Notes under the pieces: generated by a model | What the model saw: the letters and a program-made list of their open reading frames with translations, nothing else | Told to the model about the DNA's origin: nothing | Database searches by the model: none | Made by a program: the position numbers and the translations under genes | Assembly: GCA_905178155.1 (NCBI GenBank) | Contig: CAJINV010000003.1 | Span: forward strand, 10,673,890-10,737,889 | Source of the DNA: Amoebophrya sp. A120 | Lineage: Eukaryota; Protista; Dinoflagellata | Length of the DNA: 64,000 nt | Reading direction: 5' to 3' | Part shown: positions 33,715-48,000 of the stretch, one piece after another | How the letters are laid out: each line of letters opens with the position of its first letter | Position numbering within the stretch: the first letter of the stretch is position 1

Positions 33715-36070
33715 CACCGAGCGTTGCTTCATCTTCTCTATCTTCCTCTCATCCGTAGTGGTGCTTTGGTGGAAGTTATTGCTCTTGGGCATTGCTTGCG
33801 GTCTACGTTCCAGTCCACCCATGGAGGATGACACCGGGCTCACTACTCAATTTGGTGCCCACACCTAACCGCTCTAGTGGCTCGTGCGGCTCCGCCTGGT
33901 GTGCAGCCACAAGGTAGGTACGACGACGACGACATGCAGAAGAACAGAACAAGGAGTGCTGCTGCCGCGATTCCCATGCCGGCGGGTGCCGCGGTGCAGC
34001 ATTTGCATTAGCGATACTTCTTTTTTTTTGAAAAATCTAAACAACTCATGTTTTCTAGATTTTTTCTGCGATGGATAAAGCCTTTATTGCAATATCCTCT
34101 TGACCACGCGGCGCAAAGATTTTTCATGATGCGAAGGCCCTGCAAAAAAAGAGTCGCTGACTCCTAAAGTAGAATCCGTTACAAACCTGCTTGGCCTTGA
34201 GAGTGGTGCCTCCCGGCCGCTTCCGACTTCCTGTTGTTCTACTTATACAGTGTTCTGGCACGCGTTGTTGCGCTCAGATCTACACGATCCAACACGTGGC
34301 GCAGCTCAGCGCACTCTTACGCACAGTCGTCACAACGGGTCCGGCCCTCGTGTGTTTCAATAACGTCGAACGTCCCCCGGGTATCTGCGGGATATCGTGA
34401 TGGTGATGATTCGTTTCTACCTTGAAAGCGCACACGCAATTCCATTTCATTTTGTATATGAATGCGAAAAGCTCATGTTGCAAGTGCTACTTTGTTTTTC
34501 GTTTGTCGTCTTTGTCTTGTTCGAGCATTGACCACAAAGGGAGGGCCACGCGGGCTGTTGCTCTTTGAGTGTACACCAGATGCAAATGAGACACGTACTT
34601 ACTCACGATTAATGGCTTGAAGAATCCATTTTCCGTTTCATTCGAAAAATTGAAATACTCCGAGCGGCAGCTCCGCCCTGGTGTTGATTCCCTGGCCTTG
34701 AAACACAGCGCCAATTTGACAGGGGTGATCGCAATAGTGCGTCTATAGCTACTGCGCCAAAGGCAAGCGGCGCGAATCGTGTAGGCTTCTGCGTCTTTTT
34801 CAAATTTGCTGCAAAATGTGAACTTATGTCGGCAAATCTGCCCGCAAGTTTATTTCGGAAAAAAATCCTGCAACCAATACCAATTTGTTGTGTCGTGAAC
34901 GTGATCTTGTGGCAAAAAGTCAGACGCCTCCGAAAAGAGTTTGCGCTAGGAATTCAGTCTGGCCTGCGACGCATTGGCGTTACCACGCATATTCGAGCGC
35001 ACGCGCGGCGCAGCAAATAATTTGCAGCAAATTTATGTTTAGCAAATCTTCGCGCGCCCCTCTGAGGCAGTCAGCTTCCGCTAAGCTGGTGAGCGATGGC
35101 CGCGCATGGCCTCGCCAGATCTGGCAACTCGCTCGGGCGCAAAGCTAGCTGCCTGCGTGGTATCAATCGATATCGTTTCTTCTTTATAGAAAAAAAGGCG
35201 CGGGCAGCATTGGCGGCCAGAGTGGACACTTTAAACCAATAACATGGATGTTGTCGCGTCATAACTCTGCAAGCGAGAGCTTCCAAGATTCGTAATATCG
35301 TTTTTCGTCGTCATGCTGCGTCAAATGAATCAGAACCAAAACAGGCGAGACATCGGACTCCGAATCAATCGGTTAGGATTTGTTTTGGGTAGGGACTCAC
35401 TACATGGCAATGCTTTTGCTACCGGATCCGCTTTGGGTTTGGGCACGGGCTGCAGGGATTCACATGATATATCTCCGATGCACCTAGTGAGAGGCTTACT
35501 GAAATAAAGTATTCGATCCTACGAAGTGTAGCGCGAATTAATTGATTCGTTCTTGGGTTCGTGAAACAAGTTCAAGTAGAGCAAATGTATGTCGTCCAGC
35601 TGCAGGTACAGCTATACCATAGGTATTACAAGAATGAAAAAATGAACTAGAAATTCCGTGTCCACGTGTGGCGTTTCTTTGTTTTGGTCGCGTGGTGCAG
35701 GTGGTCTTCCCTTTTTTTTATTTTCCGTCACAACATTGCAACCCATTATTTCATCATGTAATTCATGTACTTCTTCCAGCGAGGTAGAGGTATGTCGTCC
35801 TAAAGCAGCCTCTCGTCGGCGCGCGTCGAGAAACGAAACTGGTACATCACTCAGGCCCCGTGTTGTAGCTGATCATCTGAGTAAGGAGGTGGAGGTGGAG
35901 CAGGTGCAGCTGGACATCTTCACTCTGTCGTCCTGGTCGAAGCCCTCCAGGGACGCAATTTCGCCGTTGGAACTTCATTGTGGTCGGCGGTGACGCAAAA
36001 CTTACATATACCTAGAACCGACCGGCGCGTCATTTTTTTCGCACGCGCCTTTGCCTCTTCATCGGCCAAG

Positions 36071-39000
36071 ATGGTCCGGTCCCCAGACAAGATGTATGCA
36101 TTGCAAAAGCGTATCGGTGTGGGGAGTTTGCACTTGTGACGCTTGTCGTGCATAATTTTAATTTCTGCAGGCGCATGACCGATTGTAAAATACAAGAGCG
36201 CCGCAGCTTCCTTCGTTATGCAGTGGAAAGGCGATTCGTAATTCATTTCCATCCTGGTACGAATCAGAAACAGAATTAACAGTAGAAAGAAGTTGTATGT
36301 GATGGTGCTTGGCCGCTGAAAGTAGTGGACACGTTTTAACACTCATCCCCAATTCGTCCCGCATCACAAGCTTCCAGACGAGAACCCGCAATACGAGTAC
36401 ACATTTGCAATGCATAAGATGGCGAAGAAGACCATTCCCGAAGCATCCCGTGGACAAACGCTTTGTATGTAAAGAGAAAATAAGTGTTTGATTTTAATAT
36501 TACATACATCCATGATTTTCCAACTGTTTTACCGGAGGACCAACACAAACCAGATTAAGATAAAAAACCTCTGTGGCGGTCATGCTTGAAGTTTTGCTGG
36601 TCAAGAACCTCGCTTCTTGCATGTTTCTCCCTGATGTGGTCCTGCAGGCCAAATCTGTGATGCTGAAAAGTCTGCGCAGCCGCAGTTGTGTTGAAATTAT
36701 AACTGTCGCGTCTCACTTTATTTTTTCTCTTTCATACTTTGGAACCTTGCAGCAATAGGGGACGTTGACGGCCTACTAAACCGGGCGAATGAAGTATGGG
36801 AGTGTCAGGTTGAAGATCGACAGAAGTGCAATTATTTGCGACGCATCAAATAATTGATGTAACAGTTTGACTCCCGCCGTCCCATGCCTAAGTAAGTGGC
36901 GCATGAAAATTTTTTTTGCGAGCACCTGAATCCAATTTGTCGCAAAGGTGTTTGGCGCAAAAGGGGCTGCTCGTGGCATTTTTTTTTCTTTAGCCGCCAC
37001 ATTCTTGTCCCTACTTAGGCTGGCGATCTGCAGCCTGCTCATTTGCCAGCTCTCCAATACAGGCACTCTGTGCCTCGCATTTCATGCATCTTCGTGCCAT
37101 CACATCGCGTGTCGTGATGGCGATGGCTGCGCAGGTCCGCCTGACTCTACGAACTGGTGACCTTTCCATCTGTGGAAAAATGCCATTAGCAGGTTTCGAT
37201 TGATTTAGAAGCGTAACACATCACTTCAACGGTACGTATCGATTTCAAGCCTGGCAGTTCTATACGAAACTAGCGAGTCCGTGGACCAGCGGGAACCCAG
37301 TACAACGCGAACTCCCTTATGGATAGCAGCTGCTGCAGGGTAATTTTTTTTTGCCACCTGGTGTCGTGGTTGTTACAGCATCGGTGTATCGTCCTCGAAG
37401 ACGTCAATTATATATAGAAACGCCCGGACATCGGGGCAGTGAGCTCCTTCAATTTGGACGATCGACGCTTGCAGTTGATTTTCTGCTGTACCAGCTGCCT
37501 TGTTCCGAATCATGCCAATACGTCTACAGCGGATTATTTGCACTATGGAAAAATCATTGATCTCCAAAACACATACACAAATAGGCATCTGGAGGCGGTG
37601 AAGCTGCTGATTGCACTGGGGGCGAACGTGACAAAAGAGAGCGAAGGCCTCACACCGGTGGAAATCGCGAAAAAAAGCGGACAGCTATCCATAATGAAAA
37701 ATTCCCGGACAGCAAGTAAATGAAACGATAGTACGCTCTCCGTGACGGTGTTTATGTTTTACCGTGACAAAGTGAAAGACAAAAGCAAAGCCTTAACCTT
37801 TTCCTTTATTTATGGGCTAGTACTTCTACTTCTGGTGATGTGTGGTCAAATTTACTGAACAACTTTCGTAGCATTTTGTTGGTCATGTAATTGTAAGCAC
37901 GGTGATTTTTTTACTGCATAACAGCCACACGTGGTCTACTATCTCAAATGCCAGCAAAATTACTTTCCGAATTTGAAGAACGCGGTGTCCCAGCCCACGG
38001 CCCGAAGAATAGCGCTGTTGATCGGGAACACGCACTACGAAACGCTCGAGCATGTACCCTTCGCAAAAGCAGACGTAGCCGTTGTGGGCAGGCGATTGAC
38101 CGCGATGAAATTCGAGACCTTTGTCCGAACGAACTTGAGTATTAATATCAACATCTTCGTGATTTTATTCATATTCAGAGCGTTTCGCAAAAATTATGTA
38201 AGAAAGGCCGCATCTTTTTTGCGGCGAGGACGTCGTACGTTGCGGAAAGATAAGAAGTAGAAAAAGGCTGCGTGCTACCAAGATGAAAAATCTCCCTTCC
38301 GTCTTCGTATTCACGCTGAGATTTGCATTTGTGTAGCATGATGATCAGATGATCTGTAATCACGAGCCGGGTTGGCCTTGGCGCGACAGAAACAGGAAAG
38401 AGATGTGGACTGTGGTGCTGGCTGGCGTGGGTGTGTGAAAGCATTGCGTCTTCAGTATCACAGGAAACAAGAACAACTGCACCGCCGGGAACAGTGATTC
38501 AGATTCTATTGGCATTTTAGCGATGCAAGTCGATTTGAGATTTGTGTACACAAAGTGCGCTGCAGCGGATATCTTGTTCTGAGTTAGTTAGTATATGGGG
38601 AAGGGGATTTCTCCTTGTACTATACCTATGCGTATGCGCAAGAGCAGGAGCAGGACCGTCTCCCTGTTCACCAATGAAGAAGTGCGCGCCTAAGGTTCCG
38701 CTTTCGCTCGCGAAAGAGGAGCAAGGAGCCGTAGTTCTTCAACACCCTTGTGCTTTTAGCATGATGCAGATGATACAACTGCAACCACTATCACTATCAC
38801 TATCTTGATCTACTTCATCACGACAGCATTAACATTTTTGATATAGGTACCGCTGCAATGAATGACAACGTAGACCAATTCTGCCAGAATCTCCGCGTGG
38901 GCGACGTCGCGCTTTTTTATTTTGCCGGTTTGGGCTGTAGGCAAGGAAGCCGCTCGCTGCTTTTTGGCGTCGACCGCAAGTTCCACCTGATTCCGGATGA

Positions 39001-42000
39001 GGACAGGGTATCAGTCGAGTCCATTGTGGAGGCCATGCCTATGGAAGCGTCAGGTTTGAAAGCGACAAAGTAGTTGAAATATCGCGACGCATAAAATGAA
39101 CACCAGTTTGCCAAGCGGTTCCTGCGACAAATTTCGGTGCGAGAGCCTAAATTCAATATTTATGTCGCATTGTTTGGTGCAGATGCAAGAGCTGCTTGTG
39201 GCATGCTCTTAAACTACAGCCGCATAATTACCCCTAATTGGGCTTACAATTGGCCTCATTTGCCTGCTCTTCGCTACACCTACTCTGTGGCAGATCATTC
39301 CAACTTTGTCAATTTCGAGGCTCGCGCCTCCATAATGCTGACACGCACCGGACAAAGGCGAAGGAGAGACGTGGAACTCAAACCGGTAACAAATTCCTCG
39401 GATCTTCTTGGTTCAGTTTCGGGCTTGTTCAACGAAGCCCGGCGAAGTATGTAGAAACTGGTGAAGAAGCACTTCCGTTCTCATCCAAAATTATATTAGC
39501 GACTGTCACTGACCTATGTATCGCTCTTCGTAACTACCAACGCAAAAGTAGGTATCGCACAACAACGTCGTGTGCGTATGCAGCTACGCGTAGCATAATC
39601 TGATGCCATATCATAGAAGATGAAGATCTAGATCATAATCTATCACATCGATAATGCTCTCTGACTTAGATGATTGATATTGCACGCGATGTGGTTTCGT
39701 TCTTCTGCAAAAAAGCGACTGGAATGGCATTCTTGTTTATTTTACTACAAGTGCAGCAATACCACACGCACACACATTGATTAAGTATGTTGGAGTGCAT
39801 TCTATCACACAAATATCGTGCTATGCCCATCTTTCGAAACTAAACTGAAGTCCATGAATCTACTACATGACATGCTTAATTGACTACAGGATCGAGCGCG
39901 ACGGCGAGAAATTGCACAAGCACGGGGCCCCTCGATTGTGATTTTGGACGCCTGCAGGACCGTTCAAAAAACCGGCTTCCGGGAAGCAGGGTACAACACG
40001 TCCACGAACTCGTCCTTCGCAGAAAGGGGCTTTTTCGACGATGGAATTACCCCAACGAAGGCACTTAAGGGCCACGGCATTGGTGTCATCGACACGACAG
40101 GCAACGGAACAACTGAGCAGGTGCAAATTTACATTTTTAGAATCGCAAATACTATACATGATCTGGTAACCAAATGCGTGCGCGCGCGCGCGCAGAGCGC
40201 GCGCCGGCCCACGAAGCCGGCGCGCGCGCTCTGCGCGCTTGCGATATTGCTTAGCAAACGCAGCGCGAAGGCAGTTGCCGTTACCATATAGGGCAACCGC
40301 CGGGAGGCGTGAAGGTCAGGGAAATGGCCAGAAATGAAGCGGGAGAAGGGAAAAAAAGCGGACCAGATGGGAAAATGGCCAGGAGGTCAAAAATGACGCA
40401 AAAACGGCAGAAACCAAGCGGGAGAAGGTGAAAAAAGAGCATTTTTGCGGTCTGGCCCACTTAGTATCTGAAAAAGAGGCGGACTATTTTTTGCTCCGCC
40501 CGCTGGCCAGCTGCGTTGGAGCAGCAGGCCCGCGACCTGTTCGGAAGCCTTGGGCCGCTTCGTAACTGGAAAAAGTTGGAAAAAAATGGCGAAAAATTGC
40601 TTCATAACGTGGGGGGAAGCAATCGTCGGATTTTGTGCAGATCACCCGGGCCACTTGGAAAATGAAAAAAGATGAGAAATTGCGCAAAAGCGCAATCCTT
40701 CCGCAGGCTTCAAAACTGCCAGTCAGATGCGGGCGGTAAAAGTGTGCAGGTCGCTGGGGCCACTTGGAAAATGAGAAAAGATGAGAAATTGCGCAAAAGC
40801 GCAATCCTTCCGCAGGCTTCAAAACTGCCAGGCAGATGCGGGCGGTAAAAATGTGCAGGTCGCTGGGGCCACTTGGAAAATGAAAAAAGATGAAAAATGG
40901 CGCAAAAGCGCAATCCCTCCGCAGGCTTCAAAACTGCCAGGGAGATGCGGGCGGTAAAAATGTCCAGGTCGCCCGGGCCACTTGGAAACCAGAAAAAGAG
41001 AAAAAAATGCGCAAAAGCGCAATCCCTCCGCAGGCTCCGAAACTGCCAGGCAGCTGCGGTCGGTGAAAATGTCCGGAGCCCTTCGGCCACCTAAGAACCA
41101 CAAAAAAGAGCGAAAATTGAAAAAAACCGAGAACCCTCGGCAGGCTTACAAACTGGCCGCCAAGGGCGGTCCGGCGGGCGCGTGGTCGCGCCATACCATC
41201 GGGATTGTGAAAAAAAAAACGCATTAGAAGCGGGCGGAGGGATGTCACAAAATCCCTATTTGCCCTGGTTTGTGGGCACAAATCCTGCACCTCCGCCGCG
41301 TCTGAAATGCCCGATTTTGGTGGCCCGGAAGGGTCCGCGGAGATTCGGCTTTCCACATACCTTCTTGGCCAGGAGGCCAGTTTGTCATGCAGGGGGCTAG
41401 AAAGGATGCCCCGCTGCGAAATAGCAGACCGGATTTCGCCTTCAATGCTTATCGCAGGAGCCTGCGGGCCGCCGCGGGCGACAGTAGTTGTCCGCGGCCC
41501 TTGGGCCGCGACCGCAAACTGCGGCCCGCGGCTCAAGAAGAAGAAGTGGGATTCTAATTAAAAGAAATGGTGGTGGCAGCCGCGCGGCGAAAGCGCGGCC
41601 CGCAGGGCCGCGCTTTTGCCGCGCGGCTGGTTTGGCTTTCGCGCTGGTTAGATTTTCGCGCACGCATTTGGTTACCAATATCGCCCTCCGGGCGCGATCT
41701 TCATAGGTGAACGTTACCGCAATGCTGAAGCGCTACAGCCGCCGAAGCCAATGCATGCTAGTAAGTAGGTGCATCAACTTCAACGAACGCGAACGGTTAC
41801 GCAAAAAAACAGAGCTACACCACCGCCACCAGCAGCACACGACCGGAGCTTTCGGGGCGGGCGAAGGCGTCGCTTTCCCACCGGCAGCATCTATTTTATC
41901 ATGCGAAAAAATTGCTTCCCTGTGATGATTTTGTTTTTGTAGAACTAGCCACGTATGCTTCGCCTGTGGAAGTGTGAAACAAAATTCAATTATTCCGCTA

Positions 42001-45000
42001 GACCGAAAAACAAAAGAGCCAGGACAGGAGCTCAAAAATAAAAAACGAAAAGCCCGGGCCAGAAGCAGCTCCGCCCCGTTTGCGGTTGCGGTTGTAAGCA
42101 GATATTGACTGCGGTCGCAAGCAGTTTTTGCGGTTGTAAGGCGTATGCGCGGCTGTGCTAACAGCTGCGAGCAGTTGTTGTGGCTGGAGTGGTTTTTGCG
42201 CCACTTTTCTGCATGCCGTGGCTGCCATTTTTCGTGCCGAATTGTGGGTAGGTCTCCACAGGCGACAAGAGTCCCTTGCTTTTCCACCCGATGCAGGCAC
42301 TGCGTGCCGAGATCGTTTTGCTTAGGCTTGGTCATTGCCTCCCGCCAGCTCTTCAAGACTTTCAAAGCCTGGGGCGTCGTTCTTCCTTCCAGCGCCGCGC
42401 GCGCTTTTTTAAGCCAGCTCTGACGACCTTGCCTCCTATTTTTGTTGCTTGTCGAATTCAAAAGGTTTGCAAGCTCTGCTGTTGGCCCTCATCTTCGAGC
42501 TTTGCCTTTCCTTTTGCTTTCAACTTTCACTTTTGGACTTTCGCCTTTGCTTTTAGTTTTTGCGTTTGCTTTTAGTTTTTACCCGTAGCTTAGTTTTTAG
42601 CTTTTACTTTTAGTTTTTACTTTTAGTTTTTACTTTTACTTTTAGTTTTTACTATTAGTTTTTACTTTTAGTTTTTACTTTTAGTTTTTACTTTTAGTTT
42701 TTACTTTTAGTTTTTACTTTTAGTTTTTACTTTTTGGCTTTTGCCTTGAAATTGCGAAACAATTGTTTGGCCGTCACGACTTTACTCTTAGCAAGGAATA
42801 GATTATGCGCATGAAGATGAACAGCAGCAGGACGAGTTCGTCACCAATGACGCATGTTTGAAAGTTAAACTCTGCAGCGCATGTTGCGTCCCAATCTTGA
42901 GAAGGAAATACTGCTAAACTGAAAAATGGTGGTCCTGGTCGGCCTCCACATTATAATTGCATTTCTACGAGCTGCTGCTGCAAGACATACTGTTTCTAGA
43001 TGCTGCCCTGCAGTTCAGTAAGGGTAAGGGAGTTCACAGCAAAGCAGGTTGCGCAGTTCGATACTGTAACCACGATGAACAACAAGCCAATTGCCACTGG
43101 TGAGCTTTACCAGAAAGTATCAACTGCAAAGAGGCTTGTCGGGGTCTGGAGAGGAGGTTACTACTTATGTTGATGTCCAACCAATCACGCAACTGTTACT
43201 GTAGTTCCAAAAATACAGAGATCTGCATGAGCAGAAGCAGTCTTTTGATGGCCGAATGGTGGCGATGGGAAATCACATTTTGCATGACCACAGGCTAGCT
43301 CCCACCCAAGCTGCCGCCACTCTGCGCCACGTGCATGTAGAAGTATTGCAGCTCCTGTTCATCTAGAGCACGCGAGCGATACAGGTGGTGAACTCTTCTC
43401 GACCAAGATTGATGCATGTTTGCCAAGCATGTAGTGCCTTGGGGAACAAAAACGCGGTGCACATGAAGAGACCCTACACAAGGAAGGAGCTTGCCTTCAT
43501 TGAGCAGCACGGCGCGGAGGCACTGGCAAGACTCCAAGCCATGGGCGGTACCGCCACTGAGCCATTCCCGTCAACGGGAGCCGTCAAGAGCTTTCCGTCC
43601 AGCTGCGGACCACAGCTGGGCTCCATGCCGGTGAAACACCTGAACCACTACCCCGGAAATCGAGAGCCGGTCTTGGGCCAGGAAGCTTTGTGGGCAGATT
43701 TGCAGGAACGGAAGGAAGATACGAGGTGAGTGTATCATAAATGCCCTTGCTCTTCTTGAAGAGCAAGCCTACTACTTGTTACAACTTTTTGTTTTTGTAT
43801 GTTAACCTTCTCGACAGAATTCGTCCAAGTTGTCGAGTGCATGTTTAACAGACGCAGATCTTCAACAATCTTCATGACCGTGATGCCGGAAAGTGTTGGG
43901 CTTTGAACACACCGGGGGCGGCACTGAGTGGCTAACGCGTCAACGTCGGCGTCCTTTTCCGAGGTGCCTCAGTCTCTCGCTCTCTCAGCAGACCACACGG
44001 CGAAGGCCTCTGATTGCGCTGCGTTCTGTGAAGATGCGACAAAGTTCCCGCATCATCGTCGTCGTTTCCTTCTCTCTCTTCTCATGCATCACTTCGCCAG
44101 GCGGCCTCTGGTCCGTCAGAATGGACATCAGAGCGCGATTCAGCTGCATCTCGAGAATGCCATCCGACTCCTCGAGGATGTGCGAAGACTTCATACACCT
44201 TGACGAGCGAGGGTGGGCGCTGATTTTACCCACCTCGCCGGAGGTGCGCGGAGATTTCATCAAACTCGACGGAGATGGGCAAGGATAATTCACTCACCTC
44301 GACGAGGAGGGTGGATGAAAGGTTCATCCACCTCGTCCTTGATTTCAAGCCTTTTCTTCATTCTTCGGAACAGGCCGTTGCGTCTCGGATCAACATCTTG
44401 AGAAGCTTTAGACCATTGCGCGGGAGGGTTTAGATCACACACATGACGACCAGCAAAAACTTGCATAGGCCAGCCGTCGCCCCAATATATAAACAAGCAT
44501 AATGCTAACGAATGTTATGAAAGCTTATAGCTCTACTTCAAAAAGTTAACGCTTTTTCTCAGGCGCGCCCTCGGTCCGAATGATCTCCCGTTAGCGAGTG
44601 GCACAGACCGGAACTTCTTCAATGGCAGCGGGCAGCACCTGATCCAGGACACCCGCCGGGATGGTGCGACCCCCGCGTCGGGCAGTGGCGGTGGCGCCGT
44701 TGGGGGTCCCCGCACAAATCGAATGGCCGACGATTCTGCAGCCGGTGCTGGCGGAGCCGCATTTGTATCCTCTACACAAGTGTGCTCGTAGTCGTACTGC
44801 ATCACACGTATCGGGTTTTTTCCTGACGGTACTAGGCCAAGAAGAAATTGCATCTTTATAATTGACTGGACAAAAGTAAGTATATGTAAATCACTGCTAT
44901 TTGCATCTGCTCGACGTTTGACTCGACTACGACACATTTGCAACGCATACGTCCCTGGAGCTACAGCTAACCCCTTGCAGTCTCTCAACTACAACCCGAG

Positions 45001-48000
45001 GCTATCCGGAGGAAAAACGCCCCGCCCGCCAGCACAATATCGCATCGTCAAGCTGGAAACTCAGATCCGCGTAAAAAGTGTACGCGGTAGTGATTATCAA
45101 GCACAGGCTTATCTTCATCACAAAGCCATCAGCTTGTGCTGCAGTTGATTCAAAAAGAAGTGCATACAAAAAACAAGACACGACTAGAAATACCAGGCGT
45201 CGTTTTAACGAGGTGCAGGCGCAACTTAAACTTCTTCCCTGGATTGGCATCACAAGGCTTGGGCGCTGAGTGTCGTGTTGCAAATAATTATTCAATTATT
45301 CGCAACACACTCACCCAATTAAGTTGTGTAGCATGTCCGCAAGTTGTCATCTCTGGCCGATGGTGGGGCGTTTTTAACCAGGATAGAGGTACGGTGTCGG
45401 GCGCGAGGAGATCCTCGACGAGAGGGAAGAAAGGCACATGCGCAGTCAGGAACTCATCCCAGATATGTTGGGACCACGCCACTCCCTCTTCTCCTCAAAT
45501 TTGAATGAAAGGCACCTGCGCAACAGACCAGAGGAGCAACGCTGCAGCTACAGCTTTTCTATTTTTCCTTGCGTGGCACTGGCATCAAAATCAAATGCAA
45601 AAGCAAAAGCTAAAAGCAAATCTAGATCTACCCGTCGCGGTGTGTAGTGTTGTTTTGGGTCCTTAATATTCCGAAGCTTGTCAATCAGACTACAGAGAAC
45701 GGAACTGGATCTGGTACAAATTCGGCCGAAAAGTGGCCTTCCACCCAGAGCCCATTTTTAGATGGACAAGGTTCACCAGGTTTCTTTAATTATTCGAGAT
45801 TTGCAGCTGACCACCGGGCGAGGGGCGTGGGTCCGTCCCACTTTTCACCCACCCGGCCGGGCGCGTGAAAAGTGAGACGGCCACTCTTCGGCCGAATTTC
45901 CTACGCCGCTCTAATGAAAAAAAACTGCGCACCTGGATGACAAACGCGCAGCCATGTAGATTCGAGCAACACAGAGTGTGCTTGCGGTAAATAATTTGAA
46001 GCTATGTGGAAATCGTCCTGATATGTATATGGTGCCCAATGGTCCTGGTGTGTAGTTGTCTTGCACCTTGCGTGTGGACCAAGAGTGATAACAACCCTAA
46101 AGCTCCTGACGTTGGTGCTCGCACGTTTTGAGTTTGACTTTGCCGTGCTGTCGCCCTAGTAGTTTGCGCGCGTAACAAAAAGAGCCCAGTTTACTCTGTC
46201 ATGCAAAATGCCAGCGCAGCCGCAGCGGGAGGAGCTGCTCGTGCTAGATGATTCGCCTGCAGCTGTGGCACAGCTGACGCCTACTAGTTTACGTGATGAC
46301 GCATTTGGCTGCGATTGACCTGCCTGATGGTGCGGGAGGTCAAGCGCCCATGAGTGTGCCACCTACAGACAAAACAGGGGGCGGCAGTCACAATGGCGCG
46401 GTCTGCATGTGGACGTGGCGCCCCCTGGGTCCGGCTGCGCACTGCGGCGTGGTCATGCTGGTCTCTGCTTATGCATCGAGTACGAGTTGGGGAGACGTAC
46501 AAGGATAGTACGAGCATTAAGAAGATGAAGCCACTTCATAAAAGAAAATAATGCAGGACAAGAAATAAAATTAAAAATGAACAGAGGCGGGAGAGTTGCG
46601 CATGTCCATACCAGATCTCGGAGCGACATCAGATGGCTATAATCTCATGATGACCAGCACGGGGGACTGGAAGCCAGCCGAAAGCATGCGGCCGGAGGAG
46701 CACCAACCCTCGGGGACCGACCATTACAGCATCGCTTCTCGGCCAGATGCGAGTAACTTTCCCGTGTTCCAGACACTAAATCCCACAAATGCGAGGACGG
46801 AGGAAGAACGAGTAGAAGACCAAGACTACGCATTTCATTTGTTGTCAGAAAAGGACAAACACGACACTAGTGTGCCCTGTACATGGTTCGCGCAGACTGA
46901 TGCACAGGTATCGTTTCTTCTGATGATCTAACTATCTTCTATGTACATGTAGATAGAAATGTCGATAGCGTTGAAACAGAAAATCGCATCCAAAAATCGT
47001 TGATGATTTTCCTAGGAATTGCCGCCAGTGGTCCACGGCTGAGTCGTTCGGTCTCAGCTGCTACCGTTTTGCTCTGCACTTCACTGCGCCATTCATGTGG
47101 ATCGATTTTTTCTTTGAACAAGTTAGTAAAAGCGAAAAGGAAAAACCAAACCAACTACTCAGATCGGTAGTATCCTGCGCACCCAATTCGGGCCAAACAC
47201 ACGCCTGGGCGTTTTGGATGATCCCCACGCTGGAAATTTTCGAAATTTCAATGAAGACTCCAGATACGCAAAAGACAACTTTCTTTCGCAGACGGGCTCA
47301 AGCTTGATCAACAATAACGCGCACAAACCCAACGCGGCCATGGGCGCATTTTCCTTTACCAGCGGAGCGGGGGGAGCCGGGACGATGAACCGGAGTTGTA
47401 CAAGCTTCCAAAACTTCGTCACACACACAGCGCTCAACAAGCGCGGCGTGGAGGAAAACCGCTATTACGGACGCTACAACGGTCCTACTTCGGACGAGCT
47501 CGAGTACGGAGACAAGTACTGTGTTGGCTCCGTGCAATATGACAGAAGTGCGTGCAAAACTACTCCCCCTCCACGTCATTTGAAGAGCTGCACGACGGAG
47601 GCACGATCACACATGAAAACGGAACCACAAATGCAGAGCGTCGAGCAACTGTTTTCATTTTCAAACTGATCATGCAGCAAATAACGCCAAAAATTAGAGG
47701 ATGCCTCAAGAAAGCATAAGCAAGGCTTCTAGAACAACAACTGCAAGTGTAGAAGAATTTGGCATGCTTATCCTCATTATGATGCGTGAGCGTGGCGAAA
47801 GGAGTAGGGGGGCGGTGGAGTTGTGAGCTCATATGCTACCTGTGGACCGGATCTTCAACCCCGGACTCCACTCGCAAGATATTCTGAACGACGAAAAGAT
47901 TGCAATCCTGTACCAGTTTCTTGTGATCAAACTTTGCTTTTTTCACTGAATGCCTTCAATGCCCACGGAGAAGGTGAAGCATACTTAAGTATATTGCTTC

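Noticed and set aside
34800-35040. 14-bp inverted repeat AAATTTGCTGCAAA
   Set aside because: No TSD, no second copy and no flanking exons identified; too weak to call.
42570-42735. TTTTAG-containing array as a telomeric repeat
   Set aside because: 13-bp unit lacks the G-run of TTTAGGG-type telomeres and is interstitial.
46470-46610. Possible TAT...ATA introner; also a TATACAT pairing between 40153 and ~46029
   Set aside because: No convincing DR or TIR, and the reading frame could not be fixed; left unresolved.
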